A stretch of DNA of 64,000 bases, taken from assembly GCF_009914755.1 (NCBI RefSeq), contig NC_060936.1; one strand, written 5' to 3'. Numbering within the stretch: the stretch's first letter is position 1; each line of letters starts with the position of its first letter. Below the pieces are notes generated by a model. That model had not been told where the DNA came from. It searched no databases and saw only the letters and a list, made by a program, of their open reading frames with translations. Source of the DNA: the human T2T-CHM13v2.0 reference genome, Homo sapiens. Made by a program: the position numbers and the translations under genes. Positions 20,403-38,718 of this stretch are shown here, in pieces.

Positions 20403-21835
20403 CACTTTATTTCATTAATTTGATTTTCAATCACGGATACCCTTTTTTCCACTTGATCGAATAGGCTGCGGAAGATTGTGCATGTGTCATGTAGTTCTCG
20501 TGCCATGGTTTTCAGCTTCATTGGGTCATTTAAGGTATTTTCTACACTGTTTATTCTAGTTAGCCATTAGTCTAATCTTTTTTCAAGGTTTTTAGCTTCC
20601 TTGCAATGGATTCAAACATCCTCCTTTAGCTCGGAGAAGTTTGTTATTACCGATCTTCTGAAGCCTACTTCTGTCAATTTGTCAAAATCATTCTCCATCC
20701 AGCTTTGTTCTGTTGCTGGCGAGGAGCTATGATCCTTTGGAGGAGAAGAGGTGCTCTGATTTTTAGAATTTTCAGGTTTTCTGCTCTGGTTTCTTCCCAT
20801 CTTTCTGGTTTTATCTACCTTTGTTCTTTGATGTTGGTGACCTACAGATGGGGTTTTGGTGTGAATGTCCTTTTTGTTGATGTTGATGCTATTCCTTTCT
20901 GTTCATTAGTTTTCCTTCTAACAGTCAGGTCCGTCAACTGCAGGTCTGTTGGAGTTTGCTGGAGGTTCACATCAGACCCTGTTTGCCTGGGTATCACCAG
21001 CAGAAGCTGCAGAACAGCAAAAATTGCAGAACAGCAAATATTGCTGCCTGATCCTTCCTCCGGAAGCTTCGTCCCAGAGGGGCAGCTGCCTACATGAGTT
21101 GTCTGTCGGCCCCTACTGGGAGGTGTCTTCCAGTTAGGCTACACAGGGGTCAGGAACCCACTTGAAGGGGCAGTCTGTCTGTTCTCAGAGCTCAAACGCC
21201 ATGCTGGGAGAACTACTGCTCTCTCCAGAGATGCCAGTCAGGGACGTTTAAGTCTGCAGAAGTTGTCTGCTGCCTTTTGTTCAGCTATGCCCTGCCCACA
21301 GAGGTGGAGTCTAGAGGCGGTAGGCCTTGTTGGGCTGCAGTGGGCTCCGCCCAGTTCAAGCTTCCAGGCCACTTTGTTTACCTGCTCGAGCCTCAGCAAT
21401 GGTGGGTGCCTCTGCTCCAGCCAGGCTGCTGCCTCGCAGTTCGATCTCAGACTGCTGTGCTAGCAGTGAGCAAGGCTCCATGGGCATGGGACCTGCCAAG
21501 CCAGGCACAGGAGAGAATCACCTTGTCTGCCAGTTGCTAAGACCTTGGGAAAAGCACAGTATTTAGGCAAGAGTGTCCCGTTTTTCCAGGTAGTCTGTCA
21601 TGGCTTCCCTTGGCTAAGAAAAAGATATCCCCCAACTTATTGTGCTTCCCAGGTGAGGTTATGCCCCACCCTCCTTCAGCTCACCCTCCGTGGACCCACT
21701 GTCCAATCAGTTCCAATGAGATGGACCAGGTTCCTCTGTTGGAAATGCAGAAATCACCCGTCTTCTACATCAATCGCGCTGGGAGCTGCAGACCAGAGCT
21801 GTTTCTATTTGGCCAACTTGGAACACCACCCCCCC

Positions 21836-22005
21836 AATTTTTAAATTTTAACATGCATCAGAATTGCCTGCAGTGCTTATCAAAACAAAAACGGCAGTTT
21901 CAGCCCAGAGTAGGTCTGCAGTAGAAGTAGAAAATTTGGCTTTCTAACTAGTCTTCATGTTTAGCTGATTCTGCAAATCCTGAAAGGAAAATTTGAGAAC
22001 CACAT
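21836..22005 (+). mobile_element. MER5A (first bases left at 9520-9530)
   Basis: cagt|aatttttaaattttaacatgcatcagaattgcctg...gtaggtctg...tttctaac...tttgagaaccac follows the MER5A consensus once the L1 is removed. Confidence 0.8.
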
Positions 22006-22434
22006 ATCTATAGATTGTCTGGATGATGGCCATCTTCTGTTATGACTTCCTTCCAGAGTTACCTTGGGCAACTGGGATGGAAGCATTCTATAAAATAGGA
22101 TGAGGAATAGGTTCTGAGGTCAGGCTTAGTTGTATATCCCAGCTGGAGAAGTAAGCTGAGCAATTCTTAGAGCAAATGTCCTGAAGAGTTTTCAGGACTG
22201 ATATATAATTTCTAGCAGTATAGGAAATACCTGAAATGCCTGAAGGAACCAGCTGTAGCTGACTTGGTGAGGCTGGTGTTAGCAGCAAATTTTTTTCTAT
22301 GGTACTTGTGGATGTATATTTAGAAAGGATTACTTGGGGGTATGAGACAGTCAAGAAACTAACACAGAGATCTTCCATCTCCATATTGTTTAGAGACTTT
22401 CATAAGATAGCAGACCTCTATAACAAAAAAAAAT

Positions 22435-22680
22435 TGCATTAGTTTCTTAGGGTTGTTATAATAATATACTGTAAACTTAGTGGGTTAAACAAAAACAGAA
22501 ATGTATTCTATCACAGATCTTCAGGCTAGAATTCCCAAATTAAGGTGTTGGCAAAGCCATGCTGTCTCTGAAGGCTCTAGGGGAGGACTCTTCCTTGTCT
22601 TTTCTGAGATTCTAATAATTGCCCATGGTGCTATGGCTTGCAATTGTTTCCCTCCAGTTTCATGATATTTCTGTGTCTTC
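22435..22680 (-). mobile_element. MLT1B/C-like MaLR LTR fragment
   Basis: tgcattagtttcttagggttg...aaacagaaatgtattct...aaggtgttggcaaagccatgctgtctctgaaggctctaggg. Confidence 0.8.
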
Positions 22681-22729
22681 TATTGCTGTTATTATGAAAG
22701 TTAAAAAGTGAAGCAATTTTGATAAGATA

Positions 22730-23094
22730 TTTTATTTACAACTTATTTTAGCTTTGGGCATACATGTGAAGGTTTGTTACATAGGCAAACTCATGTCACA
22801 GGGGTTTGTTGTACAGATTATTTTATCACCCAGGTATTAAACCCAGTACCCAGTAGTTATCTTTTCTGCTCCTCTCTCTCCTCCCCGACTCCCCTCAAGT
22901 ACACCCCAGTGTCTATTGTTTCCTTCGTTTTCATGAGTTCTCATCAATTAGCTCCCACTCATAGGTGAGAACATGCGGTGTTTAGTTTTCTGTTCCTGCA
23001 TTAGTTTGCAAAGGATAATAGCCTCTAGCTCCATTCGTATTCTCACAAAAGATGTGATCTTGTTCTTTTTTTATGGTTGCATAGCATTCCATGG
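22730..23094 (-). mobile_element. L1PA15/16-like 3' end fragment
   Basis: catacatgtgaaggtttgttacataggcaaactcatgtcacaggggtttgttgtacagattatttt...agctcccactcataggtgagaacatgcgg. Confidence 0.85.
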
Positions 23095-25359
23095 AATAGG
23101 AACTAGATGGCTTTTTCCTGTTGGCCCAAAAGTCTTGCTCCTTGCAAATGATCAATTATGATATATTTGTTAACATCCTTTATTGTGTCATCATCCTTAT
23201 ATTGTCTCATCTGTCTTTTCTATGTTCTTTATCCCTTCAGTAATCTAAAATGAAGAGTTTGTAATTCTCAATCGCAAATATTTAGTCAGGCATAAAATCT
23301 CAATTATCAAATCTAATAAACTCATAGACTTTGATGGCAATGTAAAAGCTCCTTAGGGATTAAGAGTAAAAACTAAAAGCTTACACATATTTAATGCTTG
23401 CTAGTTGATTATATCAGTGCTGTGTTTTATATGTTAATCAACTGATTTAATTTATTTGTCTTTTTAAAATAAAGCCGTCTTATCCCAGATTTATTACTCT
23501 AACATACAGTAGCTTTAATAGCTAACTTTAAGGATAAGAGAATAAATTCATTAGTCAATAAATAGAACAGGAAAGACAGAATTCTCAATTTGATCAGTGT
23601 GTTGATATTATTTAAACAGCACCATGTACATGGTTATCTACTCTTGTCTGCCTTGTTTATACTTTTATTTGTATCCTTCTTATATAATACAAATTATATT
23701 GAATTAAGAAGGGAACAATTAAGAACATAATTTTTGTTTTGCTAAAATAAAACTAATTTTTATTTAGACCTAATTTTCCAAATTGGTATTTGTATGTGGG
23801 CTTCTGTGTGTGTATAAAGAAAAGCATATCTGCCTGTAGAAATTCCTGAGTTTAATGAAAATATTTATATCAAGCAAAAAAGAATCATTTTTAATATTAG
23901 ACTTCTATCGTTATTGCAATAAAATCAGTTATAGTATAAGCTATTTTGAATGGCTGCTGGTTTTCATCAAATGTTATTAATTTTTTTGACTTGACAAAAA
24001 TGTTTTAAATTTTGCAGGAAGTTTTTCCAACCAGAGCCCTTTATTTGAGTATCACAGCCTGCCTCTCATATGTCAGAGCCCTTTATAGCTATAAATACTA
24101 TAACAGGGTTATTGGAGAGTCTGAACTTTGTGAAGTACAAACTTGAAAAAGATTTATTTTTTTTTCTAATCAATGTCCCCAACTGTGCAACGTCAAATTT
24201 TCCTTCCCTAGTGGGTAGCAGACCTTTTATTGATGTCTTGGCCGTATTTTATAACTTCTTTCTACTTAAACTTATTAAAAAGTCTTGTCTGGTTTACAAT
24301 GTAATCTCCTCTCTGTCACAATACAGGGCTGGTTGTGGGGCCAAGAGACTTGGAGTGGGGAAATGCAGTCTACTCTTTATTTATTTACTATTGCTAGGAG
24401 TTGTATGGGAGGCTACATAGTATGCTTCTCCAGGACATCTTCCTACCTTCTATCTTAAGTCTTTGGTACCTCTAGCAGCTCTGAGAAGAAATACAGAGTA
24501 AAGGGACAAGAGTATCTTTATTAGGCTTGCAAGAGCCATACTCTTTTTCTCTTACTGTTAACTTCCATATTTTCCTGGATAAAGGCTGAGAGACCATCAA
24601 AATCCTAAGTGATTAGTCTGTTGGTTTATAATGAAGCACACGGGTAAGTTCTTTGGAGATCTTCTTGGGAAACTTTCCACTGCAAAGTTCCCTAATGTAA
24701 GAAACATTTAAGAAAGAGAAAAGAAGACTTTAAAAAGAATGAAGGACATTAGAAGATTTAATATCTATAACACAGAGAGACATGGGCATCCCTGGACAAG
24801 CCGATAGCTCATGCCCATTCAGATCTCACTGTCACAGTTGCTGTTGCCCACTCATTTAGAGAAGAGGCTAAAAACTTGCATGGGAAAATGCTGGCAGAAG
24901 ACACTGCCTCAGCTTGAGCTTGCATAACCTTCAGCTAAACAAAAAGTCTTAGAGTTAATGAGCAACCTCTGTAAAAAGCTGTTTATCAGCATTGTTTTCA
25001 TTGGAAGGTGAGTCCACAGGCTCAAGCAGCTTAATCAAGTATATTTTCATAACAATGTCCTCAGGAGAAGTCTTGGAAATTTGTTTTTCTCATTCTAATG
25101 CTCAGTGACATTTTAGTGTTCTTTATATATTGACATTCTGAACAAGTTAGCTAACTGCCTGGCCTGAGCCTCAGTTGAACCCTGAAGTCACTGGAGCCAA
25201 AGATGAGAGAGAGTTTCAAATGAAAATGAACAGCTGCAGAATGTTCAAATATGTCCAGCAGATTAAGAATTAGAAAATTAGATCCTATAATTACCAGGTC
25301 ATTTTGGATTTGTAGGAGGAAATTAGGGTCATTCATTCTCCAGCTGTATGGCATGCTAT

Positions 25360-28260
<2,901 letters not shown>

Positions 28261-28327
28261 TTCTTCCTGGTTAGATTATGTCAACCAAACAAGTGAATAT
28301 TCTATGGCTCAGAAACAATATAAGTAC

Positions 28328-29697
28328 TTTTTATTATTATATACTTTAAGTTATGGGATACATGTGCAGAATGTGCAGGTTTGTTACATAGGTATACACG
28401 TGCCATGGTGGTTTGTTGCACCCATTAACCCGTCATCTACATTAGGTATTTCTCCTAATGCTATCCCTCCCCTAGACCCCCACCCTCTGACAGTCCCCCG
28501 TGTGTGATGTTCTCCTCCCTGTATCCACGTGTTCTCATTGTTCAACTCCCACTTATGAGTGAGAACATGTGGTTTTTGGTTTTCTGTTCTTGTGTTAGTT
28601 TGCTGAGAATGATGGTTTCCCGTTTCATCCATGTCCCTGCAAAAGACATGAACTCATCGTTTTTAATGGCTGGGTAGTGTTGCATGGTGTATTTGTGCCA
28701 CATTTTCTTTATCCAATCTATCATTGATGGGTATTTGGGTTGGTTCCAAGTCTTTGCTGTTGTGAATAGTGCCGCAGTAAACATGTGTGTGCATGTGTCT
28801 TTATAGTAGAATGATTTATAATCCTTTGGGTATACACCCAGTAATGGGATTGCTGGGTCAAATGGTATTTCTGAATCTAGTTCCTTGAGGAATCGACACA
28901 CTGTCTTCCACAATGGTTGAACTAATTTACACTCCCACCAACAGTGTAAAAGCATTCCTATTTCTCCACATCCTCTCCAGCATCTGTTGTTTCCTGACTT
29001 TTAATGAATCCCATTCTAACTGGCATGAGATGGTATCTCATTGTGGTTTTGATTTGCATTTCTCTAATGACCAGTGACGATGAGCTTTTATTCATGTGTT
29101 TGTTGACTGCATAAATGTCTCCTTTTGAGAAGTGTCTGTTCATATCCTTCACCCACTTTTTGATTTTTTTTTTCCTGTAAATTTAAGTTCTTCTTAGATT
29201 CTAGATATTAGCCCTTTGTCAGATGGATAGATTGTAAAAGTTTTGTCCCATTCTGTAGTTTGCCTGTTCACTCTGAATGTAGTTTCCTTTGCTGTGCAGA
29301 AGCTCTTTAGTTTAATTAGATCCCATTTGTCTATTTTGACTTTTGTTGCCATTGCTTTTGGTGTTTTAGTCATGAAGCCTTTGTCCATGCCTGTGTACTG
29401 AATGGTATTGCCTACGTTTTCTTCTAGGGTTTTTAATGGTTTTAGGTCTTACATTTAAGTCTTTAATCCATCTTGAGTTAATTTTTGTTTAAGGTGTAAG
29501 GAAGTGGTCCAGTTTCTGCATTTGGCTAGCTAGTTTTCCCAAAACCATTTATTAAATAGGGAATCCTTTCCGCATTGTTTGTTTTTGTCATGTTTGTCAA
29601 AGATTAGATGGTTGCAGATGTGTGGTGTTATTTCTGAGGCCTCTGTTCTGTTCCATTGGTCTATATTTCTGTTTTGCTACCAGTATCATGCTGTTTT
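28328..29697 (-). mobile_element. 5'-truncated L1PA7-like
   Basis: 3'UTR gggatacatgtgcagaatgtgcagg...tatacacgtgccatggtgg...aacccgtcatctacattagg; ORF2 C-terminal fragments; no TSD found. Confidence 0.9.
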
Positions 29698-29775
29698 TTT
29701 CTTAAGGAGATGGGACTCATTATTTTTCTGTGGCTGGTCTGGAACTCCTTGCTTTAAGTGATCTGGCCTCCTGTG
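29698..29775 (-). mobile_element. Degenerate Alu left-monomer/FLAM fragment
   Basis: gagatgggactc...ggctggtctggaactccttgctttaagtgatctggcctcc. Confidence 0.55.
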
Positions 29776-29999
29776 GGATTTTGCTTTTTGTTCATGCTGA
29801 AGTGTCTCTCTCATTTTAAAGAATTTATTTGAACTCATAAGTTTAGTAAGCCAAATATATTTTTGGTATGAGTTTTTTCATACTGTTTTTTAAAAATATA
29901 TTTTCCCTATTTGAATGTTTTTATAAAATAAGATATTTAAGATATACTTTTCCTTGAGGCTTAGAAAGAAGAGTGACTGTTGGCTTAAGAAGAAGGCAT

Positions 30000-30360
30000 T
30001 TATTTATTTTTCCAGTGAATATTTACAGAATATACACTACGTGTTAATTATCCTACACTGAACAAACATAGAAGAATCCCTGTTCTATGGTGGAGCTTCT
30101 TTTATCTCAGAAGGACTAAGGTTAGACAGTTGAATATGTAAACTACATAGTATCCTTGTGGATAAGATACGGTAAGGAGCAAAAATAGAGTACAATAGAA
30201 GAAAATCATGGACATCTTAAATGGGCTAAGGGTTTACATTTTAAATATGATGGCCATGGTAGACCACATTTAAAGGACATTTGAGAAAAGACTTGAATGA
30301 GGTAAGAGGATTAGCAATATGAAAATAAGGGGAAGGGTAGTCTAGGCAGAGGGAATCCAG
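30000..30360 (-). mobile_element. L2 fragment
   Basis: aatatttacagaatatacactacgtg...tccctgttctatgg...gacatttgagaaaagacttgaatgagg...ctaggcagagggaa. Confidence 0.65.
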
Positions 30361-32207
30361 TGAGCCAGTTACTCTTCTGATACCTGCAAAAAGAGGATGA
30401 AAATTGGTAATTGGTGAAAATACAGATGGGATTTGGGGTAGAATGTGTTCATGCCTAGTTTTATCACAGAATAGGAAACAAATTTATCATTTGAGGATGA
30501 GTTGAAGATATATGAAAATTGGTAAAACGTATGAGAGTCATTGTGGGAAAGAAAATGGGAGCCAACTAGGGATACATAAGACTTGTACTCAGCAGGGATT
30601 TGGGCTGGGAAGAGAATAATTTTTCATTTTCCAAAGGATCATTCGTGCAGTTGAGCAATTTTCTACAAAATGCTTTTTGGAGTAGACGTGGCTGAGAAGG
30701 GGGTGACATTTGTTCATTACACACTACCTGTAGCATTTTGTGGGCTGTTCTATATTGCAAACACTAGTGTACAATTATTAGTTTTGCATATGAGGTAGCT
30801 TAGATTCAAACAGGGTAAGCTGGCTGATGTTAAACATATTTTCAGGTTGATTTTAGGTGATGTTATCATATAATAAGGTAAAAATGCTAGAGGACCATGC
30901 TGATGAAAGAACAGATGATAAAAGTGTTAATGTATACAGACAAGTGTGCCAACAGGTGGTGATCCAGGGGCAGTGAAAAGGCAAAAGGTTGAAGATGATG
31001 ATGAAGAGTACAAGGAAAGTTGCTACTTCATATGTAGATTTCAGTTGTTTTTATCACTAGGGTTTCAAGTTTTATAATGGTGAACAATAATGTATACTTT
31101 ATACAGTAAAATATGTAGAAAGAGTTATTTTTTTGTATCATAGTATTAAAAATCATAGTTGTTGTGAAGTGAATTTATGTGTAATTCTTCTTTTATACTC
31201 TATTTTTTTTAACTAAGGTACGGCATTAACATGAAAATCCAAGAATCTTATATTTGTGGATTTTTTAGACTCATGTTACATTTGCAGATGGAAATGCTTT
31301 CGAAAATATTTATATCAAATATTATGTCTGTGCTGCTTTCACATGCATTGCTTATGTTGTAATTGCCATTATGGATATCTTGCAGTGGCCATAAAGTATT
31401 TGGAATGGCATTTTTAAAGTAATGCTCAATATAAGTGATATGATTGGATAGAATTTAATATTGTGGGAGTTTAATATTTTCTAGCCAGAGTGTAATACTC
31501 TAATCATTCACTCTTCTGTTGAAAGCAATTTTGAATGAGATCACAAATCAGATGTCATTTGGTGCACAGTATTAATGACTTACCCTCAAATTTTATATCA
31601 TTATCAATAAATACAGATACCATTTATGTGATACAATGCTACTTCAGTTTTCACAGCTACATTTTTAATATCTTTTTCAATACAGTGGCATATCTCATAA
31701 AGATGCTTCAGCAAGTAAGATATAATGTAAGACTGATAAATATGAATTATCTTAAATTTATTTGCAATGAAATTGAACAGCTGACCCAAGGTCTTAGGTT
31801 AAGAGAGGCAAGTAAATGTACTGTACAACACCATTTTTTGTTTCTTTTGGGTTTGATTTTTTCTCCATGATTTGTAATAAAATAGATTAATGGGCCAATT
31901 CTAATACTGATTAAATGAACTTGGCTCAGGCCTATAACAGCAAAGTCACAATAGCAGTCGGCTTCAGATCAAAAGCTTTAAAATACAAATGAAAGACTAT
32001 TTAGGGAGAATGGGAACTAGGCAGTGATACAGCAGGAGACTTCTTTAAATTCAAATGATTAAATGCAGGGAACAACTTTAGGATGCCGCTATATGTTGAC
32101 AAACATAAGCACAAAGTAGGTACTATTAAATTATGGAATACACATGTAGACTGTTTTTCCATTTATTCAAATATGTGAATACCTACTATGTGACATGCAT
32201 TATTAGC

Positions 32208-32713
32208 CCTTATGGGTTGAATTGTGATCCGCCCCCCCAATCCCCAACCAAAAAAAGATAAGTTGAAGTCTCAACCCTGAATACCTATGAATGTGACTGT
32301 ATTTGAAAATAGCATTTTTACAGTCCAATTAAGTTAAAGTGAGGTGATTTATGGATGAGCCCTAATCCAATATGGTTGATGTTCTTCTAATAGGAAAATT
32401 TGGACATAGATACACATAGTGAGGAGGACAGCCATGTGAAAACAGAAACAGACAAGGGAGAATGTCTCATGACAACAGAAGTGGAGCTTGCAGTGATGCA
32501 GCTGCAAGCCAACGAATGCCAAGGATTGACAGCTACCATTAGTAGCCAGCGAGAGGTAAAGAAGTCCTCCCATATGGGTTTCAGAAGAAGCATGGCCCTG
32601 CCATGTTTTTTTGACTTTTAACCTCCAGAATTGTGAGAATATAAATTTTTGTTGTTTTAAGCCACCAGTTTGTAGTACTGTGTTATGGCATCAGTATATT
32701 AAGAATCTAATAT
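32208..32713 (+). mobile_element. MLT1C-like MaLR solo LTR
   Basis: tatgggttgaattgtg...gaatgtgactgtatttgaaaatag...gccctaatccaata...gcaagccaacgaatgccaaggattg...cctccagaattgtgaga...ttttaagccaccagtttg. Confidence 0.9.
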
Positions 32714-32999
32714 AGCTGTTGTGTATTCTGATAGGCTCTGGTAAAAAAGCTAAATTGTTTGATAAATTTAAAATTAGAATGATATAATATCTCATTGAGA
32801 TACAATCATATGTTTCTGTAGTTCAGTCTTTAAAGCTAAGACACTTTGCTAACCACTAGTGAGAAACAAAGGACTCAGGCACAGTAAGTAGAATTAGGGA
32901 AATTAAAATATTACACAGGAAAATAAGACATACATAAAAATCCATTATGAATGAGACTTGTCCTAGATTATGACAGTGGTACAGATATGTTATATTAAT

Positions 33000-33190
33000 T
33001 GCCAGAAAGGAAGAGACTGTCCGTGACTGGAAAGGATTCATGGAAGAGACAGCACTCGGGCTTAACCTAGAAGGATGGTTTGGGTTTGAACATACAAAGT
33101 TGGAGAGAACAGCGTGACAAGGCAACCATGTAGATATAACCACTGAGACAGAAAGCACATGTGAAGTGTTAGTCACCCAGGCTCTTGAGT
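33000..33190 (-). mobile_element. L2 fragment
   Basis: ggaaaggattcatggaagagacagcac...ctagaaggatgg...gagaacagc. Confidence 0.45.
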
Positions 33191-33198
33191 CTATTCTA

Positions 33199-33278
33199 TT
33201 AGGTTGGTGCAAAAGCCATTGCAGTCTTTGCCATTATATTTAATAGCAAAAAATGCAATTGCTTTTCCACCAACCTAA
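33199..33278. mobile_element. MADE1 (Hsmar1-derived mariner MITE)
   Basis: 80 bp, inverted repeats ttaggttggtgcaaaa...ttttccaccaacctaa, TA duplication at 33197-33198 and 33279-33280. Confidence 0.95.
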
Positions 33279-33786
33279 TAATATTTATTTGGCAGTGGCA
33301 AGTGCACTGGGTTAGCTTTTGACATTGAAGCCATGTTTTCCATTCCTCACCAATGGGCTCAGCCTCTGAGGCAGTAGGTTTTTCTATAAGCCATGTATAT
33401 CCTGAGGGCAGAGATGATAAGAGTAAAATAAAGAAAAAAACAAAAAGGAGTTGAAATATTTACTTCTGAAAGTCTGTAAACCTATGGTAGTGGCAATGTT
33501 TTGAAAAAACAGACTTTCAATTGTAAGAAACGTAGGCTTGAGACAAAAGTTGTACTGATTTTAATTGCCAGAAGTTTCCATTTAAATATCAAGAGCTGAA
33601 CCTTGCTGAAATTTGAGCCAGTAATTAACACATAGAGTAGGAAAATGAGGCTTAGACTGATTTGTACATGGGAAGAGAAATCAGAAAGGAATGTGACTGG
33701 ACTCTGGAAACAGTAGTCTCTGAGAAGTGCCCTGTCTCCTGTTTTTTGGATCAAACCTCAAAGAGTAGAGGAGATGATGTAAACTT

Positions 33787-34259
33787 TGTTCAAGAAAAAA
33801 TTATCCAAATACTTGTTAAGGATAGTAAAGTAGACCTTATTCAAAGGGGGGCCATTACAAGAGGTGTAAAACCCATTGCAGCAGGGTCATGCAGCAGAGA
33901 GAGATTGGATTCAACTCTGACACTAACAAGGACAGATGAGGATTTATAACCAAGGAACAGGGTTTGGGGTTGGGGGGTGGTCAGTGGGTGGAAAATTACA
34001 AAGCGGAAACATCGAGGATAAGGAGGTTTCTGACTAAACAGACTTAGTAGGATTATTGCTGAAGGCAGGTCAGGGTGATAAGATTTTGAGGGTGGTTGGA
34101 TACAAAGAGTGGGAGACTTTTCATAAACTAAATTGGCAAGATTCTCGCTCAGACTGCATTCTGTAAGGATAAGAAGGGAAACCTAAGATTAGGCCTAGTC
34201 AAGCAGAGGACTCAGAGGAGTGTAGCTAAAACTTTGGTTAAATGAGAAAAATTATGTCA
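33787..34259 (-). mobile_element. MER31-like ERV1 solo LTR
   Basis: tgttcaagaaaaaattatcc...aggcctagtcaagcagaggactcagaggag...actttggttaaatgagaaaaattatgtca matches MER31 reverse complement; TSD not clear. Confidence 0.8.
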
Positions 34260-34998
34260 ACACCAAGGTTTGGCTTCCTACAGTGTAAATAGTGGCAAGT
34301 CTTACAGGAAAACCCACCGTCCAAAAGGGCACCTATGATTAGAGAATAGCAGTGGCTAAAGGAGATTCTTAGATCAACATTTGGACAGTTTCAAAAAGTC
34401 ATGAGCTCCCAAAGCCATGAGGGAAAATAAACAACATTCCTGAGCACCCAATACCACCAAAGTTGTCAAGGGAACCAAGGTACTGAGAGAAGACTTCAGG
34501 TTGGGAAAAAGAGAATGCAGATTGTCTGGTTCTGACAATTAAAACCCATTGTGGGGCCATTAACTGGCTCAGTGAAGGCAATGAGAGCAATGTAGACCCG
34601 ATAGAAATGAGCTTCATTTTGGTACAGACCAGAGAAGCCAGAAGATGGCATAAAGACTAAATGCCTTTCTTCTAATGCCAGGATGACATAAACCCTACTT
34701 TCCACTCCAGGTTTTAGATGAACTCAGAAGCTAAGAATCAAAACCACAATTATGTATACGTGTGTGTGTTAGGGAGGTGGAATTCTGAGAGATTCACTTT
34801 TAAAACAGAAGTAATTTAATTACTAGGAATTAGTACAATTAAACATTATTAAAATCCATGGAGTTGGGATCTCAAGAACAGTATTTCCAGTTGTAGATTA
34901 TTTGTCATATTTTACATATCTGATATGTGAACTATTTTGACCACACAGCTGGTATTTCCTATGAAAGGGGTTGACATGGAGGTTACAATAAATGAGAA

Positions 34999-35034
34999 TT
35001 TTTAATCCTATTTTTAATCCTATTTTTAATCCTA
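34999..35034. repeat. 12-bp tandem repeat x3
   Basis: (tttttaatccta)3, perfect. Confidence 0.95.
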
Positions 35035-35062
35035 CTGATAAGGGGTCACAGATAAGAAAAAC

Positions 35063-36951
<1,889 letters not shown>

Positions 36952-38659
36952 AATACCATATTTATATCAGACATTATGCTGAATACTTTCACACTGATCT
37001 TCTATAATCTTCAGCCAATTTTTTGCTTATTGGTCAGATAAGAAAACTCACTGATGTTTAATTATTTGAGATAATATAGTCAAAATTGGTGTGAGAACCT
37101 GTATTGGTTTGAGACTTTAGTTCCCCATATCATAGTTCGTTCTCACTGGGACATGTTCCATATTGCACAAACTAAATTATTTACATCAAATGGCTACAGT
37201 GGGAGGTGAGTTCTTATTTCACTGAGTTTCCTTCTCTGTAGTATTCACGGTTTTTCAATTTTGGTCACTGTGATTATATATGTTTCCTCGTGCTTTTTTT
37301 GCTTGTTCTTAAACTTCTTCTCTTGCCTATAGTTTTCAAGAAAAATGATAAGTTGTGATAAATCTCTGCTTATGAAAATCCCACCATTATTATTATCCAA
37401 ATGGGTTGAGAGTTTCTTCTTGACAGAAGTTAAAAATGTATGCTTGCCTATATCATTTTACAGAAGCAATCTGGTTCTTATGTGTATTCTAATACCCCAA
37501 TTTAAAGAACACATTATTTGTCTGTGAAACAGCATATGGTTCTGTCAGTAAAAATTGAGCAGGTAAACCATGTTGGCTGCTGTGATCTTGCTTTCTACTG
37601 ATGTCAGAATTTAGTTAATTCATGAAAATAACCAAACATTTGTAATGATTGTATCAAAATCACAGGTGATTTAGAGTTAGAAAACATGAGTGTACTCACT
37701 ATGATAGTCATGTGATTTGCTCAAAATGCAACTTAGTATTAATGACAAAAATGGCTGAAATGTCACATTCCCTCAATCATGTTTCATGTCAGCTCTTATC
37801 TTTTGACTGTAGACACAATTATGTGTCGATAGCATATTTAGAGTGTTATATTAAAATTTTATCTGTGCTTGAGTAAAGTTCAAAATATTGTAAGATAGTA
37901 TAGCTTATTATTGGGAGAAAAATACAAAGATATAAGTGAGTAGTTAATGTTTTTATTACTAGTAAAATAATTTTAGAGATTGATCTTTTGAAAACTAAAG
38001 CCAGGATAGATTTTATTATACTATACTTATTATTTTTGATAAGAGAAACATAATTTTATATTAAGGATAATTGTTTATATATTTTTGATATTCATGCTTT
38101 AATTTTGAACAGCTTCTGTTTGGTAAAGAACTCTTATTTTTATATAAAGAAAATTCCTAAATGGCTTATGTGATTATCTGTTTCTATGCAGAAATATTAA
38201 ACATTTGGTTGTAATTATGCAAAATAACCTGAAAGTATTCAGAAAGGCTAAGTCTAGCTTGCTCTGTGCATCACAGAAGAAATATTGATTGAATGTTCTT
38301 TTTGGTACATAATCCTTCAGTCTTAATATTTCCTTTGTTGTAGTTCTGCCTTTAATGAATAAATATATAGAATATTCTTTTCACATTTATATAGTCTTAG
38401 AGCCTATCTATTAAGACAGTTCTCAAATTTTCAAACTGCTGCAAGGTTATTTTTTATAACTTACATTTTGCTACTTATGGTAAATATTAAAATCTGACAT
38501 TGCCTTTCAGTATAATGCTTAAGTTAGTATGTTCTAAACTGGGAGAAAAATAATTCAGTGGACATACTATATTTCTAGAAATTGGGCAAGCTCAAAACTC
38601 TCTATTCCCTGACTTAAAAACATTGTCCAATCTTGATTCGTAGGGCTGGAGTTCTTCCA

Positions 38660-38718
38660 TGACTCATTGCAGGGTGTGTCGCCACAGCACGTGTGGTTCA
38701 AGGGAGCAGAATGAGTCA
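38660..38718. promoter_or_regulatory. Candidate enhancer motif cluster (AP-1 x2, E-box, RUNX)
   Basis: TGACTCA 38660-38666, CACGTG 38688-38693, TGTGGTT 38692-38698, TGAGTCA 38712-38718 in apparently non-repeat DNA; motif evidence only. Confidence 0.35.

Noticed and set aside
22050-22400. Possible additional old LTR
   Set aside because: No termini, TSD or family motif I could identify with confidence.
31200-31620. Possible conserved non-coding element
   Set aside because: Unique-looking and TAAT-rich, but conservation cannot be judged without alignments.
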